The position numbers and the translations under genes were made by a program. DNA of 64,000 nucleotides from Bacilli bacterium. Lineage in GTDB: Bacteria > Bacillota_I > Bacilli_A > RFN20 > CAG-826. Under the pieces are notes generated by a model, which did not search any database, was not told the origin of the DNA, and saw only the letters and a program-made list of their open reading frames with translations. Positions 27,219-36,733 of this stretch are shown here, one piece after another; the first letter of the stretch is position 1; each line of letters opens with the position of its first letter. The DNA is taken from positions 32,001-96,000 of the forward strand of contig JAZLKX010000052.1 in assembly GCA_045597865.1 (NCBI GenBank). Reading direction: 5' to 3'.

Positions 27219-28451
27219 ATGTACGGTAAACCACTTGCTTATGTTGTTAAGATTGACGAAGTGACCCCTATCGCAGGCGCTGACCGCATTGAACTTGCGA
27301 AGGTTATGGACTATACAGTCGTTGTTAAGAAGGGAGAATTTCAGCCCGGCGACCGTGCTATGTATGTGGAAGTTGACTCTTTGCTTCCTGATGGATTTAC
27401 GCCTGAACAGAAGGTTACCTATGACGCTATCGTGGACGGCTCTTACTTCAAGGGTGCTCAGGTAAGCGTTGAAGAAGCAGATGAAGCTATGAAGAAGCTT
27501 CAGTCCGAGTCCAAGTATCCTTACTTTGAGTTCCTTCGTCCGAAGAAATTCAAGATTAAATCAATGAAGCTCGGTAAGTTCGGCGTCATTTCTCAAGGCA
27601 TTCTGTTTGATCTTAAGCTGCTTGGCGAACCGACTGATTTGAAGGTTGGAACTGATTTGACGCTTAAGTACAATGTGACTGAAATCGTTCTTGATGAAGA
27701 AGAAGCTGGTCTCAATGCAGTTGTTGATACATCAAAGGACGGCTGGTTCACAAAGAAACTGATGCGTTATGCTTGGTTCCGTGACTGGCGTAAGCAGCGC
27801 GGAACTTACAATAAGTGGCTTGCTGAATGGCCTTCAAAATCTGACGAAGAAAACGTTCAGAAGATTTTCACTAAGATGAAGGCTAAGTACGGCGATAAAG
27901 AATGGGTTGCTACTGAAAAGCTTGAAGGCCAGAACATCACCATTTACTCTTACGAAACCCGCGGTTTCTTTGGTAAGAAGAAAAAGATCGGCGTATGTTC
28001 AAGAACCCGTAGCCTGTCTCCTGTAGACAACTCTGGTAAGTCTTTCTGGGGTACTGTCAAGCGTATGCACCTTGATGAAAAGATCAAGGCTATCCCAGGT
28101 GAATGGTTCTGCCGTGGTGAACATGTCGGTCCTGGCATTCAGAAAAACATCTACAAGCTTGCTCGTACGGAAGTTTACTTCTTTGACTTCTACCGCAAGG
28201 TTGATGGAAAGTTTGTTAAGTTGAACTTTGAAGAATCAGTACAGTTTGCGAAAACTTATGATCTTCCGTTTGTTCCAGTGCTTGATGAACATTATAAATT
28301 ACCAGAGACTGCTCAGGAAATGCTTGCTCAGTCTGATAAAAACACTGTGTTTGGCAATGACTTGAAACACAAACGTGAAGGATTTGTTCTTCGCCTTAAA
28401 GATGACTACACCGTTTCCTTCAAGGTAAAAAATCCGTTCTACACAATTTAA
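27219..28451 (+). CDS. RNA ligase, Rnl2-family / DRB0094-type with N-terminal OB module
   Basis: I.GADRIE N-terminus; EKLEG, RGE..GPGIQKN.Y, FFD, EGFV and SFK motifs. Confidence 0.88.
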   Translation: MYGKPLAYVVKIDEVTPIAGADRIELAKVMDYTVVVKKGEFQPGDRAMYVEVDSLLPDGFTPEQKVTYDAIVDGSYFKGAQVSVEEADEAMKKLQSESKYPYFEFLRPKKFKIKSMKLGKFGVISQGILFDLKLLGEPTDLKVGTDLTLKYNVTEIVLDEEEAGLNAVVDTSKDGWFTKKLMRYAWFRDWRKQRGTYNKWLAEWPSKSDEENVQKIFTKMKAKYGDKEWVATEKLEGQNITIYSYETRGFFGKKKKIGVCSRTRSLSPVDNSGKSFWGTVKRMHLDEKIKAIPGEWFCRGEHVGPGIQKNIYKLARTEVYFFDFYRKVDGKFVKLNFEESVQFAKTYDLPFVPVLDEHYKLPETAQEMLAQSDKNTVFGNDLKHKREGFVLRLKDDYTVSFKVKNPFYTI

Positions 28452-28464
28452 GATACGGTAATGT

Positions 28465-28665
28465 ATGACTATTGCTAAAGCTGAAGAAGACTATATCAGG
28501 GGAATGATGTATGCACGCGAACGGATGGTCCGTGAGTTGTTAGTACACTATGACAGTAATCTTTCACCACATCAGCGTGCAGTATTACGCGACTTTCTTG
28601 GTTTAGAAGAAAACAGTTCACAACAGCCGCGTCTTCCTGATAAAGACGCACCTAATTACATCTAA
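28465..28665 (+). CDS. hypothetical protein
   Basis: ORF packed within the operon. Confidence 0.5.
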   Translation: MTIAKAEEDYIRGMMYARERMVRELLVHYDSNLSPHQRAVLRDFLGLEENSSQQPRLPDKDAPNYI

Positions 28666-28677
28666 GGAGAAACAAAT

Positions 28678-28917
28678 ATGCTTAAGAAGCTAATCCGCAA
28701 CATGCTTGTGGCCAAAGCCGAAGTAGAATTTGTGAAAACCGTCATTGATGATGGTAACGAAAATGTTGAGCTAATCAATGAAGCAGACGAAGAATTTGAT
28801 GCCATGACTGACATCGCTTATGCTTGGTTCATTGAAGAATTAAAGACCGCTGCCATTACTTTGGGCGTTGCTGTTGTCATCTGTGCAGTTATTGTGGGGG
28901 TTGCAGCATGTATATAA
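28678..28917 (+). CDS. small protein with C-terminal TM helix
   Basis: AAGGAG RBS; hydrophobic tail. Confidence 0.55.
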   Translation: MLKKLIRNMLVAKAEVEFVKTVIDDGNENVELINEADEEFDAMTDIAYAWFIEELKTAAITLGVAVVICAVIVGVAACI

Positions 28918-29276
28918 TTGAACGCCTAAAGCAAGATTATCCGCAGTTTAGAAAGGAACTTGAACAGTATGATCAGTACCTTTTGAGAACCCACGGCAAA
29001 GAGTATAATGCGCATCGCATCTTTGATGATCAGAAGGAAAACTTCAAATTCGTCCAAGCTGCCTATGATTCGTTAGCCAAGACCGGTAGTCACGGTAAAG
29101 AGTTCAATAAACAAATGTCAATGTATGAACAAAGTTTGAATGATGACAAAGACTTTTTGGCATACTTCGTTCATCAGTTCTATGACATTGACGGAAGGAA
29201 CATGACGGTTCCTGAGCTTAAAGAAATCATTCAGGAAAAGTTCAAGCAGATTGATAAACTTCGTGTTGGAGGCTAA
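28908..29276 (+). CDS. hypothetical protein
   Basis: Overlaps/abuts neighbours. Confidence 0.55.
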   Translation: MYIIERLKQDYPQFRKELEQYDQYLLRTHGKEYNAHRIFDDQKENFKFVQAAYDSLAKTGSHGKEFNKQMSMYEQSLNDDKDFLAYFVHQFYDIDGRNMTVPELKEIIQEKFKQIDKLRVGG

Positions 29277-30362
29277 ATGAAATACATTTACGGAACAGCA
29301 GCAGATCCTATTACAAAGGCACATCTTGCCATTTTGAAGGCTATTGCCAAGCACATGACGGCTGACGATGAACTTATCATTACTATTTCTAATAATGACG
29401 AAAAAGAGTACAAAGCTACATATGAACAGCGCGAAATGCTTGTTGCGAATGCAGTAAAGCCTTACACAAAGTTTGGACCTGTGACGATTATGGAACAGAA
29501 GCACCGTATGCGTTACTTCCTTGATACACAGTTTAAGGGCCTTGAAAACGAAATTACTTTGGTTGTAGGCCAAGACGAATGGGAAGCGTTACTTGACGGC
29601 AAGTGGGTCAATGGAGATCAGCTTCTTAAGAAATATCGTTTCATTGTCGCTAAGCGTGATTATGATTTGTGCGAAGAAACACAGAAAGAAGTCATGGTCC
29701 CGGAGGGCCTTGCTGAGAAAGTTCATGTAATTACTGCTAAGGGTGCTGCTTGTGTTTCTTCTTCTAAGGTTCGTTGGAAGTTCTACATTGACCCAGAAAC
29801 AAAGTACCGTGATGTTCAGGATTTTATCACTTTGGGTGTGTTCAAGGACATTAAGGAATATGGCTTGTATAATCAATTAGGCGAAAAGCACGCCGCTGAA
29901 ATGGAAGCTTTTCTTGCCGATTACGCGAAAAAAAAGGTGGAAAATCATTGGGGTGAACCTTCTGTCACAACCGATGTTATTGCATATAACGGTTCTGAAA
30001 TTCTTCTTATCAGACGAAAGAAAGATCCGTATAAAAACTATTGGGCACTTCCCGGCGGATTCTTTGAGAAGACTGACCAAGATTTAAATTACGGCGCAGC
30101 CCGTGAATTTAAAGAAGAAACCACTTTAGATTATCCGCCTGAAGCATTCCAGCAGATTAGAGCTTACGGACATAACTTTGACCCACGAATGAAGATCTGT
30201 GATGTTGCTTTTGCCGTTCGTATTCATCGAGACGATATGAAGAAAGCAGTCGGCGCGGATGACGCCGCGGAAGCACGGTGGTTTGACATTAATGATCTTC
30301 CTGCATTGGCATTCCATCATGCCAACATTATAAATGATTGGATGGAATCTACTTTAACATAA
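29277..30362 (+). CDS. NadD-like nucleotidyltransferase fused to a Nudix (ADP-ribose pyrophosphatase-like) hydrolase
   Basis: GTAADPITKAH (HxGH-like), VG.D and SSSKVR; WALPGGF, Nudix box AAREFKEET and LAF.H. Confidence 0.85.
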   Translation: MKYIYGTAADPITKAHLAILKAIAKHMTADDELIITISNNDEKEYKATYEQREMLVANAVKPYTKFGPVTIMEQKHRMRYFLDTQFKGLENEITLVVGQDEWEALLDGKWVNGDQLLKKYRFIVAKRDYDLCEETQKEVMVPEGLAEKVHVITAKGAACVSSSKVRWKFYIDPETKYRDVQDFITLGVFKDIKEYGLYNQLGEKHAAEMEAFLADYAKKKVENHWGEPSVTTDVIAYNGSEILLIRRKKDPYKNYWALPGGFFEKTDQDLNYGAAREFKEETTLDYPPEAFQQIRAYGHNFDPRMKICDVAFAVRIHRDDMKKAVGADDAAEARWFDINDLPALAFHHANIINDWMESTLT

Positions 30363-30474
30363 CTTTCCCGGAAAATATCTTAATTCCCTCGCTGTTTTAC
30401 CATTTACAGCGAGGGAATTCTTTTTTATATTTTACTCGTAATCAAAAACAACAACTAATCTGGAAGGTTACTGA

Positions 30475-30618
30475 ATGAAAAACATCAAGGTTGAACTGAA
30501 ACATGGCCTCTTTGAGGTTACTTATTCTGAAGCCGGCCAGGTGAAACATTTCACAACAAAAACCATACAAGAAGCTTTTATTGAGCTTCTAAACTTAGAG
30601 GAGAAATCTAATGTTTAA
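30475..30618 (+). CDS. 47-aa hypothetical protein (not in ORF track)
   Basis: First ORF after promoter 30403; overlaps the next start. Confidence 0.45.
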   Translation: MKNIKVELKHGLFEVTYSEAGQVKHFTTKTIQEAFIELLNLEEKSNV

Positions 30619-30814
30619 GATTAAACTCGCAGCTGGCGCCAGCGTCGTTGCCATCATTCTGACCGTTATTTTCTGCCTTTGCTTGCAGGTCGCTATTATC
30701 AGCGGCGCAACTTGGCTTTGCTGCTACCTTCTTGGCCATGCATTCACATGGCAGCTTGCAGCAGTAGCAAACATCATTTATCTGATCCTTCCTAAGGGAA
30801 ACTCCTCTAAGTAA
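30611..30814 (+). CDS. small membrane protein
   Basis: GAGGAG RBS; hydrophobic. Confidence 0.55.
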   Translation: MFKIKLAAGASVVAIILTVIFCLCLQVAIISGATWLCCYLLGHAFTWQLAAVANIIYLILPKGNSSK

Positions 30815-30835
30815 TCAAAAAAGGAAAATCAAAAT

Positions 30836-31417
30836 ATGGCTAAGAAACTTCTCATTGTCATTGACGCTCAGGTGGATTTTATTGACGGTGCTCTTGCCAA
30901 TCCGATGGCTCAGGCAGCAGTACCGGCACTTGTTGAACTGATTAAGAATCACGAAGGTGATGTAATCGCCACCCACGATACACACTTTAATGAAGTTCAG
31001 TGTTCCGCTGCATGGCCGCCTATCAATGGCGCTCAGGCTTATGAAAAGACCCTTGAAGGCCAGAAATTGCCAGTTCCACACTGCATCAAGTTGTCTGAAG
31101 GCTGGGAACTGAATAAGGAAGTTCGTGAAGCTTGTACCGCAAAGGACAATGAACCGCCTAAGAATTTCTTCTGCATTGACAAGTACACCTTCGGCTGGGA
31201 CGGCTGGGAAAAGTACCTCAAGGCATTCCGTTTTGACGAAATTGTTCTTGCTGGTTTCTGCACCGACATCTGCGTTGTTTCCAATGCGCTGATTCTTCGT
31301 TCTATCTTCCCTAACATGAAGATCACTGTTGTGGAAAAGGCTTGTGCAGGCGTCACTAAGGAATCTCATGACGCTGCTATCTTGACCATGAAGATGTGCC
31401 AGATTGATGTGGAGTAA
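30836..31417 (+). CDS. pncA: nicotinamidase (isochorismatase family)
   Basis: VIDAQVDF, DTH, HC, K.TFG and GFCTDICV catalytic/metal motifs. Confidence 0.88.
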   Translation: MAKKLLIVIDAQVDFIDGALANPMAQAAVPALVELIKNHEGDVIATHDTHFNEVQCSAAWPPINGAQAYEKTLEGQKLPVPHCIKLSEGWELNKEVREACTAKDNEPPKNFFCIDKYTFGWDGWEKYLKAFRFDEIVLAGFCTDICVVSNALILRSIFPNMKITVVEKACAGVTKESHDAAILTMKMCQIDVE

Positions 31418-31493
31418 CAAAATGAACGAAAACATCCCAAGATCTGGACAGTTTATCGGCGGACCTGTAAAGCTCTAAAAAGGAAAATTGAAT

Positions 31494-32285
31494 ATGATGA
31501 AACTTACACAAGATTGTGTTGAATGGATTAAGTCCCTCGGAATTAAGCAGGCCGTGATTGGCATTTCCGGCGGTAAGGATTCCTCTGTCTGCGCTGCACT
31601 TTGCGTCGCAGCACTTGGCAAGGAAAACGTTTTGGGCGTTATGATGCCTAACGGCGTTCAGAAGGATATTGCGGATTCTCAAAAGCTCTGTGCCCACCTT
31701 GGCATCAAGAACATGACAGTTAACATCGGCGGTGCCTTTGACGCATTGCTTAATGCAATAGCTCCGCGTGATGAAATTTCCTATGATACCATCACAAACT
31801 TGCCGGCACGCTTGCGTATGTCTACATTATACGCCGTTGCACAAACATACGGCGGCTGGGTTGCTAATACATGTAATCTTTCCGAAGATACCGTTGGGTA
31901 TGCAACTTTGTACGGTGACTCCGCTGGATCTTTTGCTCCGTTGTCCAAATTGACAACTGAAGAAATCATGGAAATTGGCGATGATCTTGGCTTGCCAACT
32001 GAGCTTGTTCACAAGACACCTATTGATGGCCTTCAGCCTAAGACAGATGAAGATAAGCTTGGTTTCACCTATCACGAAGTAAATGAACTTATTCGTTTCG
32101 CAAAGATGGGTCCTAACTTTGAAAAGATCATGCAGATGTACAAGACCAACAAGTTCAAGACTGATATCATTCAGATCCCGGCATTTGACCCGCAGCGCTT
32201 GAATCATATTCCCGTCATTGCGGAAGGAATCCTTGTCCCTAAGGATGGATTTTTCGCCGTAGCAGGAAAAACAGAAAATGGCTAG
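31494..32285 (+). CDS. nadE: NH3-dependent NAD+ synthetase
   Basis: GISGGKDSS, N..ARLRM..LY, NLSE..GYATLYGD and P.DGL motifs; no glutaminase domain. Confidence 0.92.
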   Translation: MMKLTQDCVEWIKSLGIKQAVIGISGGKDSSVCAALCVAALGKENVLGVMMPNGVQKDIADSQKLCAHLGIKNMTVNIGGAFDALLNAIAPRDEISYDTITNLPARLRMSTLYAVAQTYGGWVANTCNLSEDTVGYATLYGDSAGSFAPLSKLTTEEIMEIGDDLGLPTELVHKTPIDGLQPKTDEDKLGFTYHEVNELIRFAKMGPNFEKIMQMYKTNKFKTDIIQIPAFDPQRLNHIPVIAEGILVPKDGFFAVAGKTENG

Positions 32286-32496
32286 CATTGACAAGCTCCT
32301 ATACATTTATGGAACAATTTCTATATTGTGTATAGGAATCCTTGCTTTTGCCAATACGAAATACTATGAATGGGCAGATGCTAAGAAGCCAAAGCATAAA
32401 TGTCAATGTTCATGCTGGCAAGCACCTGCTTTATTTGAAAATCCGTATGAGCTGACTGATTGGAAATCTTTCGCGGTTCAAACTGAAAATAAATGA
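32278..32496 (+). CDS. small membrane-anchored protein
   Basis: N-terminal TM segment. Confidence 0.45.
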   Translation: MASIDKLLYIYGTISILCIGILAFANTKYYEWADAKKPKHKCQCSCWQAPALFENPYELTDWKSFAVQTENK

Positions 32497-32562
32497 TGTT
32501 TAAAGACCGATCTTAAACAGTCAATAAAATACCAAACTCCTATTTAAAAAGGCTTTAAAAGT

Positions 32563-32844
32563 ATGAAACGAGGTCATTTTGACAGGTTCTGCGCCATGCT
32601 GTGGCGATACATTTTAAACATTGCGCTGATCCTGGGTGGACTTTCTCTAGGCGGCAATACGGTCATTGGTTTCATTGTTATGACGGCCGGCTGGTGCATG
32701 CTTGCGCATTACATTACAAAGTCTTTGGAACAGGAAGAGGCGATTGAAGAAGCAAGTATAATTATTGCTAAACAGATGCAAGCAATTTCCGAACTATCGG
32801 AGGAAAAGAAAGATGACAATACAAGAAGCGATAGCCAAGCTTAG
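32563..32844 (+). CDS. two-TM small protein
   Basis: Two hydrophobic helices plus an acidic tail. Confidence 0.5.
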   Translation: MKRGHFDRFCAMLWRYILNIALILGGLSLGGNTVIGFIVMTAGWCMLAHYITKSLEQEEAIEEASIIIAKQMQAISELSEEKKDDNTRSDSQA

Positions 32845-33295
32845 TGAATTTGGCGGCGAGATGGATTTATCCGTCGGCAACATTGTGGACATTCTTGTTG
32901 GCGACAAGACAAATGAAGTAAAGATTTATGATAAGCCGAAGCGTAATACAGTAATTACAGAAGCTGACTTAGAGGACTTTGATCCCAACGATCATCTTTC
33001 GGAAGCAGAAGAACTGTATAAGCAGATTGAAGTTCGTGTTGCACAGCTTAAGAAGAAAGACATTGCGAAGAGCTTTGAGGATCTTAATCTACCGGCAGGT
33101 GAACTTACCGATGAGCTTGAAGATACTTACAAAACAGTAAGTTGTCTTGATGATAATGAGCTCGTTTCATTGCTTACAATTTATGATGACCTTCTTGCTA
33201 TTACAGAAATGGCAAAGGGTGAGGTCACAGAAGACTGGCAGCTTGAACGCTTAAAATTCATTCTTGCTCAAAAGAAGCTTGCCTTCTATGCTTAA
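32813..33295 (+). CDS. acidic hypothetical protein
   Basis: GGAGG RBS before ATG 32813. Confidence 0.55.
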   Translation: MTIQEAIAKLSEFGGEMDLSVGNIVDILVGDKTNEVKIYDKPKRNTVITEADLEDFDPNDHLSEAEELYKQIEVRVAQLKKKDIAKSFEDLNLPAGELTDELEDTYKTVSCLDDNELVSLLTIYDDLLAITEMAKGEVTEDWQLERLKFILAQKKLAFYA

Positions 33296-33426
33296 GAATC
33301 GTCGCGGAAGAATTCTTTTGAATTACCATTGACGGTTTACCAAATCATTTTTATATTTTACGCCGTAATAAAACAAAACAACTGAGGATTTTGAAAACTT
33401 AACAAAAATAAATACTAAAAATTTTA

Positions 33427-33587
33427 AAGATGGATACAGCAACTCTACCAATTTAATGGAAGACCGGCGTGGCTCGCTTAATAGCTCCTCTTTACCGTTA
33501 GGTTAACGGTTTCCATCTTGCTTTGAAATTCATAAGATGCATACAGCAAATTAAAAGATCTGTAAAATCAAAAAAAAACGCATCTTG
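33427..33587 (+). ncRNA. two tandem stem-closed RNA units AAGATG(G/C)-ATACAGCAA...(C/G)CATCTTG
   Basis: Units at 33427-33520 and 33534-33587; 7-bp closing stems with a compensatory G-C to C-G change; identical 9-nt motif. Confidence 0.65.
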
Positions 33588-33595
33588 ATATTTTT

Positions 33596-33623
33596 AAGGC
33601 ACCCCAACTTTAGGTGCCTTTTT
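33596..33623 (+). terminator. intrinsic terminator between the RNA units and the DUF2828-like gene
   Basis: AAGGCACC/GGTGCCTT stem followed by TTT. Confidence 0.7.
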
Positions 33624-33681
33624 AATATCTCTGTATGATGTAAAGGCGTTTTCAAAATCAAAAATCATAAGGAGATATATC

Positions 33682-35196
33682 ATGCCTTTTAATTTCTTTG
33701 AAGCAATTAAGAAGATTGAAGATGACCGCAAGGTTCTTACTGAGAACGGCGCTGTTGCTTATGCAACTACCGGCAAGGCTCTCTTGGACATGAACTTCAA
33801 GGTTGCATCTTACCGCAACAAGTCTGAAAATGAAATCGTAAATGATTTCTTGAAGGCTTACGCGGAAGATCCTGAACTTGCTGTCAAGTGGATGTTCTAT
33901 GCAGGTGATGTTCGTGAAGGACTTGGCGAACGTCGTCTGTTCCGCACATTGATTAAGCACATCATTCCTCGTTATAAGCATCTCTTGCCTCTCATCGGTG
34001 AGTATAATCGTTTTGACTCACTGTTTGAACTTTTCGGCACTGACGCTGAAAAGGACATGCTTGACTTTGTCACTGTGCAGTTGCACAAGGACTTGGAAGA
34101 TGCTAAGGCTGATAAGTCCGTTTCCCTTTTGGCAAAGTGGATGCCGTCAGTAAACACTTCTTCAAAGGCTACTCGTGCCTTGGCCCACAAGTTTATCGCA
34201 AACATGGGCTTGACTGAAAAGAAGTACCGCAAGATGCTTTCAGCACTTCGTGCAAAGATCGGCGTCATTGAAAAGCAGCTTTGTGCAGATGAATGGTCGG
34301 AAGTTGATTATGAAAGCGTACCTTCAAAGGCAAACTTGAAGTACAAGAACGCTTTCTTGAAGCATGATGAAACCCGTCGTCGTGAATTCTTGGGTAAGCT
34401 TGAGAAGGGCGAAGTTAAGATTAACTCCGGTGTTCTGTATCCGCATGACATCGCAGTTAAGTATCGCGGCAACAGTTGGTGTGGCGCTGGCGCTTATGAT
34501 GCTACTTTGGAAGGTTTGTGGAAGAACTTGCCTAACATGGTTGACGCATCTAAGCCTGTAATCGTTGTCCGTGACGGTTCTGGTTCTATGGGTTGCCGCG
34601 TAGATCCTAACGGCCAGACTACTGCACTTGATGTAGCGACTGCATTGGCGATTTACTTTGCTGAACGCACTTCGGACGCTTATAAGGATCAGTTCATTAC
34701 CTTCTCTGAACATCCTAAGTACATCAGTCTTAAGGGTTTGACTTCTTTGCATGACAAGCTGGTCCGCGCATATAAGGAAACTGAATGTGCTAACACAAAC
34801 ATTGAGGCGGTGTTTGATTTGCTGCTTGATGTGGCAAAGAATAACGGTGTTCGTCAAGAAGAAATTCCTACTGTGCTGATCGTTTCGGATATGGAATTTG
34901 ATGACTGTGCTGTAAGCAGTGATTGTTACCGTTGCGGTTCAGCAAACCGTACTTTGTTTGAGAACATTGCAGCTAAGTGGCAACAGGCGGGCTACATCCT
35001 TCCTCGCTGCGTATTCTGGAATGTAAATTCTCGTACTGGAGCAATTCCTGTCCGTGAAAACAAAGCGGGCGTTGCTTTGGTATCTGGTTTTTCTGCTAAC
35101 ATCTGTAAGATGGTTTGCTCTAACGAGCTTGACCCTTACAAGGCATTGAAGGATGTACTTCTTGCCGATCGTTATGCAGCTGTGACATTGCAGTAA
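33682..35196 (+). CDS. DUF2828-type TROVE/Ro60-like protein with C-terminal vWA domain
   Basis: TENGA, D.R.G.GER, AKWMPS, LYPHD, MIDAS D.SGSM, SDMEFD, FWN and LVSGFS motifs. Confidence 0.85.
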   Translation: MPFNFFEAIKKIEDDRKVLTENGAVAYATTGKALLDMNFKVASYRNKSENEIVNDFLKAYAEDPELAVKWMFYAGDVREGLGERRLFRTLIKHIIPRYKHLLPLIGEYNRFDSLFELFGTDAEKDMLDFVTVQLHKDLEDAKADKSVSLLAKWMPSVNTSSKATRALAHKFIANMGLTEKKYRKMLSALRAKIGVIEKQLCADEWSEVDYESVPSKANLKYKNAFLKHDETRRREFLGKLEKGEVKINSGVLYPHDIAVKYRGNSWCGAGAYDATLEGLWKNLPNMVDASKPVIVVRDGSGSMGCRVDPNGQTTALDVATALAIYFAERTSDAYKDQFITFSEHPKYISLKGLTSLHDKLVRAYKETECANTNIEAVFDLLLDVAKNNGVRQEEIPTVLIVSDMEFDDCAVSSDCYRCGSANRTLFENIAAKWQQAGYILPRCVFWNVNSRTGAIPVRENKAGVALVSGFSANICKMVCSNELDPYKALKDVLLADRYAAVTLQ

Positions 35197-35211
35197 ACAA
35201 TGTGCCTAAAT

Positions 35212-35241
35212 GGACGCCGAGCGAAAGGCGTCCTTTCTTTT
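35212..35241 (+). terminator. intrinsic terminator
   Basis: GGACGCC/GGCGTCC stem followed by TTTCTTTT. Confidence 0.7.
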
Positions 35242-35272
35242 CCAAAAATCTTAAACTTAAAAGGATAACAAT

Positions 35273-36466
35273 ATGTCCAAACATGATATGAACTATGCCT
35301 TTGACGGCGAAAACCTCTCCCTCATCTCCAAGAGCACCAAGATTAGCTCTGAAGTTCCGGCAGGTACTTATACCTTTGGCTTTTCTCAGCAGACTGGTTT
35401 GTTCATTACTACCTGTAATGATGTTCCGGACGTAACCAATAAGGTCTACGGCGATACTATCCGCCGTGTTGAAAAGGCATGGCGTGCATTTAAGCGCCGT
35501 GAACGTAACACAGGCGTTTTGCTTTCGGGCGAAGCTGGCATGGGTAAGTCCATGTTCATCAAGCTCCTTTGTGCAAAGGCAAAGGAAGAAGGCTATCCGG
35601 TCTTTATCGTCAAGGCTGACCTTCCGGGCATCACCTCTATGCTTTCTCGCATCACATCTGAATGCGTTGTTGTGCTTGACGAATTTGAAAAGAACTTCCG
35701 TGAAATGCAGGCTCACGAAGATAACGATGTTCACTCTCAGGATGGATTCTTGAGCCTGATGGACGGTATGGATGATGGCAAGAAGTTGTTCATCGCAGCA
35801 GTAAATGAAACTTACAACATCAGCAAGTACATGCTGAACCGTCCTGGTCGTTTCCTCTATCATTACAAGTTCAATTACTGTGAACAGGAACAGATTGTTG
35901 AGTATCTTGAAGATACTTTAACAAACAAGGAATTGGTTGATGCTGTGGCAACTGCACTCATCGGTCATCATATCAACTTTGACGCATTGGCAGCAATTTG
36001 CGGTGAACTCAATGCAGGTGAATCTCTTGAAGACACACTTCAGGATCTGAACCTTGATGATGCAGACTCTACTGAATATGACTTGAGCATTGAGATTGAC
36101 GGTAACCTCTACCGCGCATCAAGCGTCTGCATCTCCATGCGCAATGCAGCCAACGGTTTCAACCTCTGGAATGTCAACGATCCTAACCGCGATGACAGGG
36201 TTCAGGTTAAGTTCGCATCTGCCAACCTCAAGAAGGCAAGCAACAGCAAGTACGAAACTGGACTTGTTGTCAATAGCAACAAGCTCATCATTGACGACTG
36301 CCGTCGCCGCGACTCCGAAGGCCGCTGGGAAAAGTGGACACCGGAAACACACAGCAACCTTCGCCTGTCTAAGCACTACGACTTCGGCGGCAGCGGCTTC
36401 CACTATGTTGGCCGTAAGGGCGAAGTTAACAATGAACAGCTTGCTGAATACTTCAACGCTTACTAG
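35273..36466 (+). CDS. AAA+ ATPase (possibly extends to 36619 through TAG)
   Basis: GEAGMGKS, LDEFEK, LSLMDG and NRPGRF motifs. Confidence 0.85.
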   Translation: MSKHDMNYAFDGENLSLISKSTKISSEVPAGTYTFGFSQQTGLFITTCNDVPDVTNKVYGDTIRRVEKAWRAFKRRERNTGVLLSGEAGMGKSMFIKLLCAKAKEEGYPVFIVKADLPGITSMLSRITSECVVVLDEFEKNFREMQAHEDNDVHSQDGFLSLMDGMDDGKKLFIAAVNETYNISKYMLNRPGRFLYHYKFNYCEQEQIVEYLEDTLTNKELVDAVATALIGHHINFDALAAICGELNAGESLEDTLQDLNLDDADSTEYDLSIEIDGNLYRASSVCISMRNAANGFNLWNVNDPNRDDRVQVKFASANLKKASNSKYETGLVVNSNKLIIDDCRRRDSEGRWEKWTPETHSNLRLSKHYDFGGSGFHYVGRKGEVNNEQLAEYFNAY

Positions 36467-36733
36467 ACAAGCGGCGGCATTGCCCGTCAAAGCAATGACG
36501 AGTTCTTTAAACAGTTTGAGAACTTTGAGAACACGTTCTTTAAACAACTTGATGATGCTAGGATAAAAATATCCAGCGAGGCAATACAAGCAGGAACTCG
36601 TCGGCTCATTGCCAAATAAATAAAACAGAAAATTGAAGGGATGCTTCCCCTTCAGTTTTCATAAGTTACCGAGTGGGACTTATCTTTTTAGTGAGAAGCA
36701 TTGAACAACATTTGTGTTCAAAAGGAATGAATT

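Noticed and set aside
33427-33587. CRISPR mini-array or true tRNA genes
   Set aside because: Only two units, unequal interiors, ends pair with each other, no cas genes, and no D/T arms or CCA end
36480-36550. Short direct repeats GTTCTTTAAACA x2 and TTTGAGAAC x2 as an operator
   Set aside because: Equally explained as a small duplication within the putative read-through extension (FFKQ...FFKQ)
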